Shown here one piece after another: positions 1 to 8,673 of a DNA stretch of 28,480 nucleotides. Source of the stretch: Promethearchaeota archaeon. Lineage in GTDB: Archaea > Asgardarchaeota > Lokiarchaeia > Sigyniarchaeales > SOKP01. Below the pieces are notes generated by a model, which saw only the letters and a list, made by a program, of their open reading frames with translations, had not been told where the DNA came from and searched no databases. The translations under genes and the position numbers were made by a program. The DNA is taken from positions 1-28,480 of the forward strand of contig SHMW01000056.1 of assembly GCA_008080735.1 (NCBI GenBank), read 5' to 3'. The first letter of the stretch is position 1, and each line of letters opens with the position of its first letter.

Positions 1-949
1 CAGCTGTATTGGAAATATCATTAGGATATATCCAAGCTGTAACTGTAAATTGAGTACTAGTATCGCTAAATGGTTGACCTGGACCCTCCATAATAGCACC
101 AAATGTAACACCCTCACTATTTGAACTCTCAAATTCCAGACCACTCTTTACAATTCCATCAGTCCAAGTTGGATTATTTACAAAACTACCATCCCCCCAG
201 TTTCCTGAGGAATCAGAAACGCTAATACTAGTGTTTTCATCCATATGGGCTAATAAGCTTAGTTCAGAAAGAGTGAGTTGTTTTTCTGGCGAGAATGAAT
301 CATCTGTATGAAAATTGACTGTATCCTTTACGAAATCTGTAACTCCTTTTCCTTCTTCAAGAACTGCTTTATATTTTTCGCCAAGGTTTCCAACTGTAAC
401 CGTTAATTTTCCAGCAGCTAATGTACTAGTAAAATCTGTAGAATAACTTGGAGATCCAATATCATCGTCGTTTTCGTTGAAATATAGAAAATATGTAGAA
501 TTGGAATTTTGAGAAACATTTGCTATAAATTTTATTGTTGCAGATTGAATAAAACTTGTCGCACCATAATATGAAACATTCCAAAATTGAATCGGAATAG
601 GATCGCTCCATTCTTCATTCCCACTTGCATTAAAACCTACAAGTCGGGCGCTCCCTTCATAATGTTCTTCGTCCTGAAAAGTAAAATATACATCAACAGG
701 TTCATATCTATCATAAGAAAAGGGATTTTCTACTTCAAATCCTATTCTAAATCTAAAGCGAGTATCCCACCATTTGGAAACAGCATACTCGGATCCATAC
801 TGATATACGTCAGATGTACTTATCGTGGAGTCTCCGTCTTCATGATTGTCATTAATTGATATTATACTTAGAAAGCTCATGAAAGCAAAAGAAAAGCAAA
901 GAAACAATGCAATTAATTGTTTTCTGTTATAAGATTTTCTTTTATTCAT
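1..949 (-). CDS. Secreted/cell-surface glycoprotein, 5' part (runs off the window). Signal/TM segment, DUF2341-like region, start of a LamG/concanavalin-like domain
   Basis: Missing from the ORF track. Manual translation from ATG at 949: MNKRKSYNRKQLIALFLCFSFAFMSFLSII (basic + hydrophobic N-terminus), then KWWDTRFRFRIGF...STYFLYFN, later DSSGNWGDGSFVNNPTWTDG...FTVTAWIYP (LamG-like). Several N-x-S/T sequons (NAS, NVS, NST, NTS). Confidence 0.75.
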   Translation of the reverse strand, partial: MNKRKSYNRKQLIALFLCFSFAFMSFLSIISINDNHEDGDSTISTSDVYQYGSEYAVSKWWDTRFRFRIGFEVENPFSYDRYEPVDVYFTFQDEEHYEGSARLVGFNASGNEEWSDPIPIQFWNVSYYGATSFIQSATIKFIANVSQNSNSTYFLYFNENDDDIGSPSYSTDFTSTLAAGKLTVTVGNLGEKYKAVLEEGKGVTDFVKDTVNFHTDDSFSPEKQLTLSELSLLAHMDENTSISVSDSSGNWGDGSFVNNPTWTDGIVKSGLEFESSNSEGVTFGAIMEGPGQPFSDTSTQFTVTAWIYPNDISNTA

Positions 950-1139
950 AAATTTCTTACCTTGTTATAAATAGATTTTTAAAATACTTCAAAATGTTAT
1001 AAAGTATTTGTCATCTATTGTACAAATCTAAATTTTTTTTTATAAAATTTGGGTTACCAAACTAATTAGAATTCAAATATTAAAATCTTTAGATTAGAAA
1101 TCTATGATCTATCCTCCGCAAGATCAAAATCATAAATTT

Positions 1140-1781
1140 TTAGATCTCGTCTCCTTTTATCAGCTCTAAAAAAATCCTTCTTTTCTTGGGACTTTCGGGA
1201 TTATCAATGATAAAACCACCTTGGAAAGGGGTTTCCCGAGAGATTATCTCTCCAATTTTGTCCAAAACGTGATCACTTTTGGGGTAAAATTGAAAGACGA
1301 TTTTTGATCCAAATTTCAGTACTTTATGAAATGATTTAATCAGTATGATAAAATTTCGTTCCATGCTCTCATTTTCAATATTGCGATATATCCATTGGAG
1401 CGCAGAAATAGAGATTATACCATCAAACGTACGCGCTTTAAAAGGAGGATTCACCATATCTGCTACTAAGGGATTTATATTCGTTAAATCATAATATGTG
1501 AGAAATTGACCGATTAAATCGAACGCAACGACCTTAAAACCTAATTCTTTAAGATAAAACGATGCGAACCCAGGACCGCATCCCGCATCTAAAATTAGAC
1601 TGTTGGTATCCTGTAAATCTAAGATTTCTAATGCCCGAGCCGCAATTCGCGTTTGAATTCTCTGCATATTCTTAGATAATGCATACTCATCAAGTCTTTT
1701 TCCCTTAAAATAATCAATAACACTTTCATACTTCTCCTCTGGTCGCTCCGTCTTGACATTAAAGGTATATTTATCATTCAT
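1140..1781 (-). CDS. bud23: Bud23/WBSCR22-like SAM-dependent SSU rRNA m7G methyltransferase
   Basis: RPE...IQTRIAARALEIL, motif I LDAGCGPG, FDGIISISALQW, FQFYPKSD and GGFIIDNPESPKKRRIFL all mirror the conserved blocks of eukaryotic Bud23. Confidence 0.8.
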   Translation of the reverse strand: MNDKYTFNVKTERPEEKYESVIDYFKGKRLDEYALSKNMQRIQTRIAARALEILDLQDTNSLILDAGCGPGFASFYLKELGFKVVAFDLIGQFLTYYDLTNINPLVADMVNPPFKARTFDGIISISALQWIYRNIENESMERNFIILIKSFHKVLKFGSKIVFQFYPKSDHVLDKIGEIISRETPFQGGFIIDNPESPKKRRIFLELIKGDEI

Positions 1782-1932
1782 AGGTTAAGTATTACAGATT
1801 CGTTTTAAAAAGTAAAATTTAGCATACTTTTATCTTTTATACTGGAAACCTAAATCAAAAATTTTATTATTTTTAGCTCCTTACTAAATGTAAGATTAGA
1901 AGAACGAATGAAATAATTTTATGTGATACACC

Positions 1933-2232
1933 GTGTCTGATAAAGAAGATAAACTCTTAGTGCGAAGGGATACCCTAAATTTAAGAAGAAAATACGGAAG
2001 GACCCAAAGGGTAAATGTGATCGAGCGAGATGCATTTATCCCACGAGGAATTGAAGAAGATATAAAAAACGATATTTTAAATCGTAAGGCCATTTTAGCA
2101 TCTGATATTGCGGTAAAATATGATATCAGGGTTTCTACCGCAAAAAATTTGTTAGATAAGTATGAAGAGGAGGGTTTGGTCGAGATCTTAGACCCTACAT
2201 TAAAACTGAAGATTTATGTGCCCACTTCTTAA
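1933..2232 (+). CDS. rps25e: 30S ribosomal protein eS25 (S25e)
   Basis: 99 aa, basic N-terminus, winged-helix pattern ILASDIAVKYDIRVSTAKNLLDKYEEEGLV...KIY. GTG start. Confidence 0.75.
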   Translation: MSDKEDKLLVRRDTLNLRRKYGRTQRVNVIERDAFIPRGIEEDIKNDILNRKAILASDIAVKYDIRVSTAKNLLDKYEEEGLVEILDPTLKLKIYVPTS

Positions 2233-2378
2233 CATTATAATCAAAATAGTTATCCAGATTATTTCTCTTTTCTCATTCTCAAATTATTATTTTTCTCTTA
2301 GATTACTCTACCTAATAAAGTTAAAATTTTTTGATGAATTACCTTCTTAAAACTAGATGGTTTTAAGTAATAGCGAAT

Positions 2379-2390
2379 CTTATTTAAACC
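2379..2390 (+). promoter_or_regulatory. Putative TATA box for the tRNA gene
   Basis: TTATTTAAA upstream of the mature tRNA 5' end. Spacing is short and the context is AT-rich, so support is weak. Confidence 0.3.
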
Positions 2391-2402
2391 AATTAAATCT
2401 AA

Positions 2403-2505
2403 GCAGATGTAGTCTAGCCCGGTAAGGCGCTGGCCTCGAGAGCTGAATAAGCCAAGTAAGCCAGTGTGCGTAACGCATGCGGGGGTTCGAATCCCTCCAT
2501 CTGCG
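2403..2505 (+). tRNA. tRNA-Ser(CGA) with 18-nt intron at canonical position 37/38 (2441-2458)
   Basis: Acceptor stem GCAGATG/CATCTGC, discriminator G, anticodon stem CTGGC/GCCAG, anticodon CGA at 2437-2439, long variable arm, T arm GGGGG-TTCGAAT-CCCTC. Intron AGCTGAATAAGCCAAGTA forms a relaxed BHB. CCA not encoded. Confidence 0.93.
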
Positions 2506-2534
2506 TCCTTCTCTCTTTTAAGGAGATGAGTAAA

Positions 2535-3599
2535 ATGTCTAAACATTTGATTGTGGTAGGGGAACTCCATCAAGACCTTTATTATGAAAACACTTTTTAT
2601 GAAGATTTGGTCAACAAAATCGTTGATAAACTGATTAATTTCATCAGGTATAACCCCGATGATTTAATGAATCGCAGATTATTAACAAAAATAGTTAAAT
2701 CAGGTTTTTCCGATACTCCCAAGAAGATTCTTAGCAAGTCCTACATTAAACGTGGAGGAAACGGCAACAATTCCGCAGAATATCTCTCCGATTTAGATAT
2801 TCCCGTGAAATTAATCTCAGTAATAGGAACTGAGAGTGAATGGATGCTTGAAGAGTTGCGGAAAAAGAACATAGACACGGGAGGGATATTCCAAATCCAA
2901 GAAAAAACTCCAATCAGCACCATCATTAAATCTGAATTCACCACCAAGATCTATCTCGCCCCTAATCTAAAGGAAAGGATGGATTTTCAATCAGTTTCGC
3001 TTAATAACTCCTTTTTTTCAGACGCTAAACTGATTTTTTTCACTCCACTTGCAGAAAAGTTTAAAACCATTTTCGATAAAGTCATTGAACATGATCTTAT
3101 TTTGGCGAGCACAATTGAATATCAGAAGGTTCAAACACACGAACAACTCAGGCAATTATTACCCCAAAAAACCGATTTACTCTTTATAAACTTGGATGAC
3201 GCTAGATTAATTTTGCAAGATGAAAATATTGATGATATAGATACAATATTACAAACCTATTCACAAATTCGAATTTATACCGACGGAAAAAATGGTTCTT
3301 ATATATTTACTAATGAAATTTCTAAATTGTTTATTCCTACAAAAGAAGTCAAAGTAATTGATAGAACGGGCGCTGGAGATTGCTATGCGGCGGGTTTTCT
3401 CACGAAATTTTATCACTTATTTCAAAATAAAGAGCATTTAGAAAGATTATTATCGAGTGAGCTCAAAGCTGATCTTATTTCAAAATTGGAGGAATGCGGA
3501 AAATATGCAACCTATACTGCTATGTATAAAGTTTCTCATCAAAAATCGCCAGCTAAAGATGATTTGGAAGGGTTCATCGCGAAATTTACCAAAGAATAG
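2535..3599 (+). CDS. PfkB/ribokinase-family carbohydrate kinase
   Basis: GGNGNNSA (PfkB signature 1) and DRTGAGDCYAAGF (signature 2). Start moved to ATG 2535 (or 2526) after AGGAG, because the track start at 2466 lies inside the tRNA. Confidence 0.88.
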   Translation: MSKHLIVVGELHQDLYYENTFYEDLVNKIVDKLINFIRYNPDDLMNRRLLTKIVKSGFSDTPKKILSKSYIKRGGNGNNSAEYLSDLDIPVKLISVIGTESEWMLEELRKKNIDTGGIFQIQEKTPISTIIKSEFTTKIYLAPNLKERMDFQSVSLNNSFFSDAKLIFFTPLAEKFKTIFDKVIEHDLILASTIEYQKVQTHEQLRQLLPQKTDLLFINLDDARLILQDENIDDIDTILQTYSQIRIYTDGKNGSYIFTNEISKLFIPTKEVKVIDRTGAGDCYAAGFLTKFYHLFQNKEHLERLLSSELKADLISKLEECGKYATYTAMYKVSHQKSPAKDDLEGFIAKFTKE

Positions 3600-3617
3600 A
3601 AGACAAAATTGAAAAAG

Positions 3618-4553
3618 CTATTGGATAATTTGATAGATAATATTCTCCATCTCTGGTTTAGCAGCCTCAATTTTATCCAAGATCTCAATGGTTTGTCCGA
3701 GATTCTCTTCATTCTCTTCTACAATGAAGAGCAAATAGAAATCTAAATTACCGAATGTAAGGACTTCAATTACACCGGAAAAACGCTTACCATTTTTGAA
3801 TGTGTCTGAAAATTCATACATAGAGCGATTTTCTGCGATTATACGTTTTTGAGTCTCCAGATAGGCATCATAGATTTTCATTTTTTCATCGATCTGTAAA
3901 TGTGGCTTGTAATATTCACCAATAGTAATTCCTTTTGAATCAAATAAGGCAATCAAAAGAGCATCATAATTTTTACTAATCTCTTGGAATAATTGGGACA
4001 CCAACTCTAATTTTGAAAATAAAAGCGATAATCCATTCGAAAATGCGTCCATTATCGATTTTAAGTCATAGATGGTGGTTTCAAAAAAGAAGATGTCAAA
4101 ATCATTGGAATACCTAGTTAACGCTTGTTTTAGAGTTAATGTTTTTTGGTTGATCTCTTTATCATTTCTAATATCCGGATCGAATTTATGGAACAACACT
4201 GCGATTGGAGGAGATTGCTTAATTTCCTTAAAGAATAATAATACTTCATCAAGATAATCTATGGATTCGATATGTCTGTCAGGGTCTTGAACATCTATAA
4301 CATAGAAGATTAAATCGGTACCCGCTAAATATTTACCTGGATTTTTTAGATACTGTTCTCTATATTGTTCTTGACCTCCAAAATCCATTCTTACGAATTC
4401 CAAACCCAAAAAACTGAATGTTTCACGGTCAATTCTGCGAGTGGGTAAAAGTTGCATTACTTCCTCTTCAAATCCGAACTTTTGTGTTATACCCGTAATA
4501 ATACTCGTTTTTCCTGCGTTATCTAATCCCAAAAAGGCCAATTTTTTTACCAA
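3618..4553 (-). CDS. Small GTPase (Arf/Rag-like) with C-terminal roadblock/longin-like domain
   Basis: G1 GLDNAGKTS, G2 PT, G3 DFGGQ, G4 HKFD, G5 TTI. C-terminal region includes IALFDSKGITIG. TTG start preceded by GAGGG. Confidence 0.85.
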   Translation of the reverse strand: MVKKLAFLGLDNAGKTSIITGITQKFGFEEEVMQLLPTRRIDRETFSFLGLEFVRMDFGGQEQYREQYLKNPGKYLAGTDLIFYVIDVQDPDRHIESIDYLDEVLLFFKEIKQSPPIAVLFHKFDPDIRNDKEINQKTLTLKQALTRYSNDFDIFFFETTIYDLKSIMDAFSNGLSLLFSKLELVSQLFQEISKNYDALLIALFDSKGITIGEYYKPHLQIDEKMKIYDAYLETQKRIIAENRSMYEFSDTFKNGKRFSGVIEVLTFGNLDFYLLFIVEENEENLGQTIEILDKIEAAKPEMENIIYQIIQ

Positions 4554-4726
4554 TTTTATTCCCTCTTAATCTAGTTTATTTATAAATCAGATCCCGATTT
4601 TATTATACAAGTTCAGTAATAATAATAAAAAATTAATTCCTTTTAAAATAATTGTGATAGAAGAGACTAATAAATTATCGTATTTCAAAGGAATTGGAAA
4701 ATATTTAATAAAATTCGAGAGAAAAC

Positions 4727-5008
4727 TTATCCTCCGCTGATGGGATACGATAAATAAATTTTATCTCCGGTTTTTAGCTGGGTATCATAATTATTCTTAT
4801 ACTTGACGTCTCTTCCGTCTAAGAGGATAAGAATTTGTGGGTCCAATTCAGTTCCCGATTCATTCAACAAACTCTCATCCAACTTATTTTTGTAATCCTT
4901 CACGAACTGAGCAATGACATCTTGAATAGTGTTTCCCTCATACTCTACCGTGTTTTGACCAGTTCTAAGAGCAAAAATATTTAGCAAGTGTAAAGTTACT
5001 TTAGGCAT
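4727..5008 (-). CDS. MoaD/ThiS/SAMP/Urm1-like ubiquitin-fold sulfur carrier
   Basis: 93 aa, ILILLDGRD...DTQLKTGDKI...PISGG, C-terminal di-glycine. Confidence 0.88.
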   Translation of the reverse strand: MPKVTLHLLNIFALRTGQNTVEYEGNTIQDVIAQFVKDYKNKLDESLLNESGTELDPQILILLDGRDVKYKNNYDTQLKTGDKIYLSYPISGG

Positions 5009-5048
5009 TCTAAGAATGAAAAAATTTGCTAAAATTTAAGTTTAATTT

Positions 5049-6269
5049 TTATGAAAGTACCATATCCTTTACATTCTTAATCGCTTCTTGGATGAGTTCT
5101 TCCAACTGAAGACTGCTAAAAATATTTTTTACGGTTTCTATATCAAATTCTTGGTTCTTTGGTTTATATTTGCAGTAGTCTATTTTTGACAACCTCTCTG
5201 ATATGTTTTCTAAAAAATTTCCAATTTGTTTTTCTTCAAACCCGATAAGTGGTGTAAACACAAGTAGGTCAGAGAATAAATCATTAAAGACCAGAGATTC
5301 TAAATCAATTAAATCGGTACAAACATTAAGGCCATTAAAGCTTAATCCATCACTAAATCCTTGGATCTCCTCTAACCCTCTTAAAGACTCATCCATCAAA
5401 CCCTTGAGGATTTTAAACCGAATCAGTCTGCATAAAGCACAAAAATATTCCTTCTGTTCTAATTCCGCTTTCAGCTTGTCTAAGATCGGTGTAAGACCAA
5501 CGATTCTCAGTGTAAATTTAGAAAATGGTGTGAAATGAAAAACTTCCCTCCAATTGGAAATCCACGTCTTTTTAGTTTTAATATCCCCTTTTATATCAAA
5601 TAGAATAGGATAAATTTCACAACCTCTACGCATTAACATAAATCCCCCAAGCAAATCACTCTGACGTCCGACATCCATAACCCCAACTTTTTTTTTATAT
5701 TCTATAGGGAGTCCTTCCCACGCAGTTTCGATGATATCGGTAAAAAGATACGAAAATTCGTTCCTAACCTCTATGAAAATTTTTTTATCAGGATTAGATA
5801 AATCAACCGAGAGCCCTAAGTGTGAAAAGTTATCGATTATATCTTGTCCCACTTTCTTGGCAACATCTTGCGATGAGAAATCATGTTTGCCCGAACGCTT
5901 TACGCGTAGCGCAAAACTGTCATTCTTATCCAATATTATATTTCCTATTTCAATTGCCCTTTCGGAGATATTTTTCATTCTATTGGAAGTTCTGAGGGCA
6001 GGACTTAATGAATAGACTCCGAATACTTTTTTAATAATCCCAATTGCTTTTGCGATATCTTTATGCTTAAAAAAAAAGAGGATCCTTGTGGCATCATTGG
6101 TAATCTGATATTTTGTATAAGGTATTTTTTCTTTTTCCAGCATTCGTTTTATATTGTTTACTAAGATGTGAATCATCCGCATCTTGACCTTTTGGGACTT
6201 TAACCAGATCTCCCCAGTATAGCGTATTAAGATAAGATTATATGATTCAAGAAGTCGAGATGAATTCAT
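5049..6269 (-). CDS. thiI: ThiI-like THUMP-domain protein with a degenerate PP-loop
   Basis: LIRYTGEIWLKS N-terminus, THUMP (SFALRVKRSGKHDFSSQDVAKKVG...VDLSNPD..IFIEVR), GLP, MLMRRG, CALC. SGGxDS is replaced by DVGRQSD. Confidence 0.75.
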   Translation of the reverse strand: MNSSRLLESYNLILIRYTGEIWLKSQKVKMRMIHILVNNIKRMLEKEKIPYTKYQITNDATRILFFFKHKDIAKAIGIIKKVFGVYSLSPALRTSNRMKNISERAIEIGNIILDKNDSFALRVKRSGKHDFSSQDVAKKVGQDIIDNFSHLGLSVDLSNPDKKIFIEVRNEFSYLFTDIIETAWEGLPIEYKKKVGVMDVGRQSDLLGGFMLMRRGCEIYPILFDIKGDIKTKKTWISNWREVFHFTPFSKFTLRIVGLTPILDKLKAELEQKEYFCALCRLIRFKILKGLMDESLRGLEEIQGFSDGLSFNGLNVCTDLIDLESLVFNDLFSDLLVFTPLIGFEEKQIGNFLENISERLSKIDYCKYKPKNQEFDIETVKNIFSSLQLEELIQEAIKNVKDMVLS

Positions 6270-6297
6270 TTTGGTTCGGATATTGGATTTATAAGAA

Positions 6298-7884
6298 TTA
6301 TGAGAAAATATTAATCGAATATTTCCCTAAAAGTGTTCTATTCTGGGTTCGTAAATTATTTTCGATTAATTCTACTAATCCATCCTCATAAATATCAATT
6401 TCGATAAAAGTTTCATCGAAATGATTTTTTTGGAGATTCCCACCATTAGAAATTAACGAGTTTTCTACCTTTAAATTAAATGAAACGCTGGGAGTACTAT
6501 TCAAGATGAGATCGATTTGAGATAATGCAAGCTGAGATAACACGTCACCAGCATCGGTTAATTCGGTCCTCCAAATGCTCAATGGGGTTGGTATTAAACT
6601 ATGGAAGCAAGCAAATCCACACACCTTTTTTTGGCTAACCCGTAAGACCTTTTCAATTAACAGTCTTAATTTTTTTCTACCGATAAATCCAATAGTAGAA
6701 TCTCTGGTACTTGAATTAATTCCTTGAAAAAATATTTTATCACTCTTGTATGAGGGATCTAACGGCCCTAAATAATCTTGCCAATAATCCCACGTGGGTG
6801 GATGAGAGTCACTATATCCCGGGATTATGATATAAGGCATTTTCAACTGGTCAAACTTTTCTTTTCCTATTAATATTTCCTCCTTATATCCATTTTTTGT
6901 CAAATTTCCGTTATGTACTACTAGATCAATATTAGGTATTTTATTGATAGTTTCGATACATCGATCAATACTTGATTTTTTCTTCTTTTCTTTTTTTGAA
7001 ATCAACGTATTTGACAATTGTATAATCTTACAAAACGGGCTTTCTTGCTCTTCTTTTTTTCTGGGGAGATAATATTGCATTTCTCGATTAATCTCTTTTT
7101 TATACTGAGATTCCATTACAGGAAAGATCCGAAAAGTAATTTTACATTGTTCAATATCAATTACATTATATGTAAATAATTCACGGTATCTCGTTTTATT
7201 ACATGAAAATGTTCCGGCATTGAATATGAAGAGATCCTTTTCTTGAGAAGCAACATTATATAAATGTGAAATATGCCGATGTCCGTTAATCACTAAATCT
7301 GCCTTTGCTTCGAGTAGCATCTGAAGCATATCACCAGAGTCATCAATAGCTGAGCGTTCCTTACCTGTCTTTGGTATTGGAATAGTTTGATGATGGAAAC
7401 ATACGATTTTTAACTTATCTTCTCTATTTGATTGTTCTAAACGTGTTCGTATTGATCTTATGGTATTTTGATGAATAATCCCACTTGCTAAATCTGGTTT
7501 CGTGCTATCTATTCCCAGCACATATAAATCGTTATCTTCATATTCAAAATGTCTCTCTCCAATCATCTCCTCGAACAAAAGGTATCCTACATTAAGGGCG
7601 TCATGATTTCCGATTACATAATATAAAGGTGCGTCTGAGGAGGGATGAAATTTATTCATCTGAACCAACGTATGTTCATAGTCGAGGAAGGTTCCACTAT
7701 GGGTCAAATCTCCCAGATGTAGATACAAATTCACATTTTTGATCTTATTTACTTTATCTATTCCTGTGTTAAACGCACCTACATTAAATTCCGTCCCATA
7801 TCGAGTAATATGGGTATCGGAAATAATAATAATTCTTTTTTTTTCATTTGAACCTTTTTCTGTCTTAACAATAGATTGTGCCAT
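6298..7884 (-). CDS. Tandem calcineurin-like metallophosphoesterase (intact N-domain, degenerate C-domain)
   Basis: N-domain has SDTH, GDLT, GNHD, HH, GHRH. C-domain equivalents are LSNT, GNLT, GYSD, FHS, NSTP. Confidence 0.85.
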   Translation of the reverse strand: MAQSIVKTEKGSNEKKRIIIISDTHITRYGTEFNVGAFNTGIDKVNKIKNVNLYLHLGDLTHSGTFLDYEHTLVQMNKFHPSSDAPLYYVIGNHDALNVGYLLFEEMIGERHFEYEDNDLYVLGIDSTKPDLASGIIHQNTIRSIRTRLEQSNREDKLKIVCFHHQTIPIPKTGKERSAIDDSGDMLQMLLEAKADLVINGHRHISHLYNVASQEKDLFIFNAGTFSCNKTRYRELFTYNVIDIEQCKITFRIFPVMESQYKKEINREMQYYLPRKKEEQESPFCKIIQLSNTLISKKEKKKKSSIDRCIETINKIPNIDLVVHNGNLTKNGYKEEILIGKEKFDQLKMPYIIIPGYSDSHPPTWDYWQDYLGPLDPSYKSDKIFFQGINSSTRDSTIGFIGRKKLRLLIEKVLRVSQKKVCGFACFHSLIPTPLSIWRTELTDAGDVLSQLALSQIDLILNSTPSVSFNLKVENSLISNGGNLQKNHFDETFIEIDIYEDGLVELIENNLRTQNRTLLGKYSINIFS

Positions 7885-7888
7885 AGTT

Positions 7889-8545
7889 TTAATCCTCTTT
7901 AATTTTAGCTGGACGTCCTTTATATATTTTATTTTCTAGTAATTGTTGATCATAAGATGTATAGGAGTGAGCATTTAATTTTACGTTTTCCCTGATTTTA
8001 GTGCCAGGTAATAATACACATTTCGCTCCGATCGATACCCCATTCTTAATACTAATTTTGTCTATTATAAACTTATTTTGCTCAATTCCAAATGACAATA
8101 TCGTTGTCCCCATCCCGATTATGACATCCTTCCCAATTTCCACAAATTCTGATGAAATCCATGCATTATCACACAAACCTTTTTTCCCGATCTTAACTCC
8201 AAAAAATCTCAAGCTAAACCTATTTTTAAACCAAGGAAACGGATGAGTTGCGGTGATATAGAGCGGCCATTTTTTAATTATATTTCGAAGGGTCCAATAT
8301 CTATACGCCTTATCCTCAATATCTCTCTTAAATGTTCCTTCTTTTGGATGATAACGAAGATTGCAAATGGTAATAAGTAAAAATGAGATTAATAATGCAG
8401 AAAATTGTAATAAATATAATGCCAAGACTACATTAAACGGAGATAAAAAGAAAAACCAAAAATACCCCTCTGGTTTCCATAGAAAGAAAACGTACGTATA
8501 TTCAAATAGAATAAGTGGAATCATACTTACTATAATAATACACAA
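7889..8545 (-). CDS. Membrane-anchored left-handed beta-helix (hexapeptide) acyltransferase-like protein; true start probably upstream
   Basis: TM helices, PKEG.F, FGVKIGK, EIGKDVIIG, IGAKCVLLPGTKI, GRPA. The frame stays open upstream to 8629. Confidence 0.75.
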   Translation of the reverse strand: MCIIIVSMIPLILFEYTYVFFLWKPEGYFWFFFLSPFNVVLALYLLQFSALLISFLLITICNLRYHPKEGTFKRDIEDKAYRYWTLRNIIKKWPLYITATHPFPWFKNRFSLRFFGVKIGKKGLCDNAWISSEFVEIGKDVIIGMGTTILSFGIEQNKFIIDKISIKNGVSIGAKCVLLPGTKIRENVKLNAHSYTSYDQQLLENKIYKGRPAKIKED

Positions 8546-8673
8546 ATATAATGGAAAAAACCTACGACGTAATCTCTCATCTATAGGTGTGGGTGAAGTT
8601 CCTTTTAAGCTGGCAGGTTGGAAAATACTCTATACACCTCTCAAATTTAATTCCTATATTAATAAATTTTTAG

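Noticed and set aside
587-859. 90-aa plus-strand ORF
   Set aside because: Antisense shadow of the minus-strand surface-protein gene.
2466-2534. N-terminal extension of the PfkB ORF, and antisense ORF 2298-2573
   Set aside because: Both overlap the tRNA-Ser gene. An SD-like AGGAG supports a start at 2526/2535.
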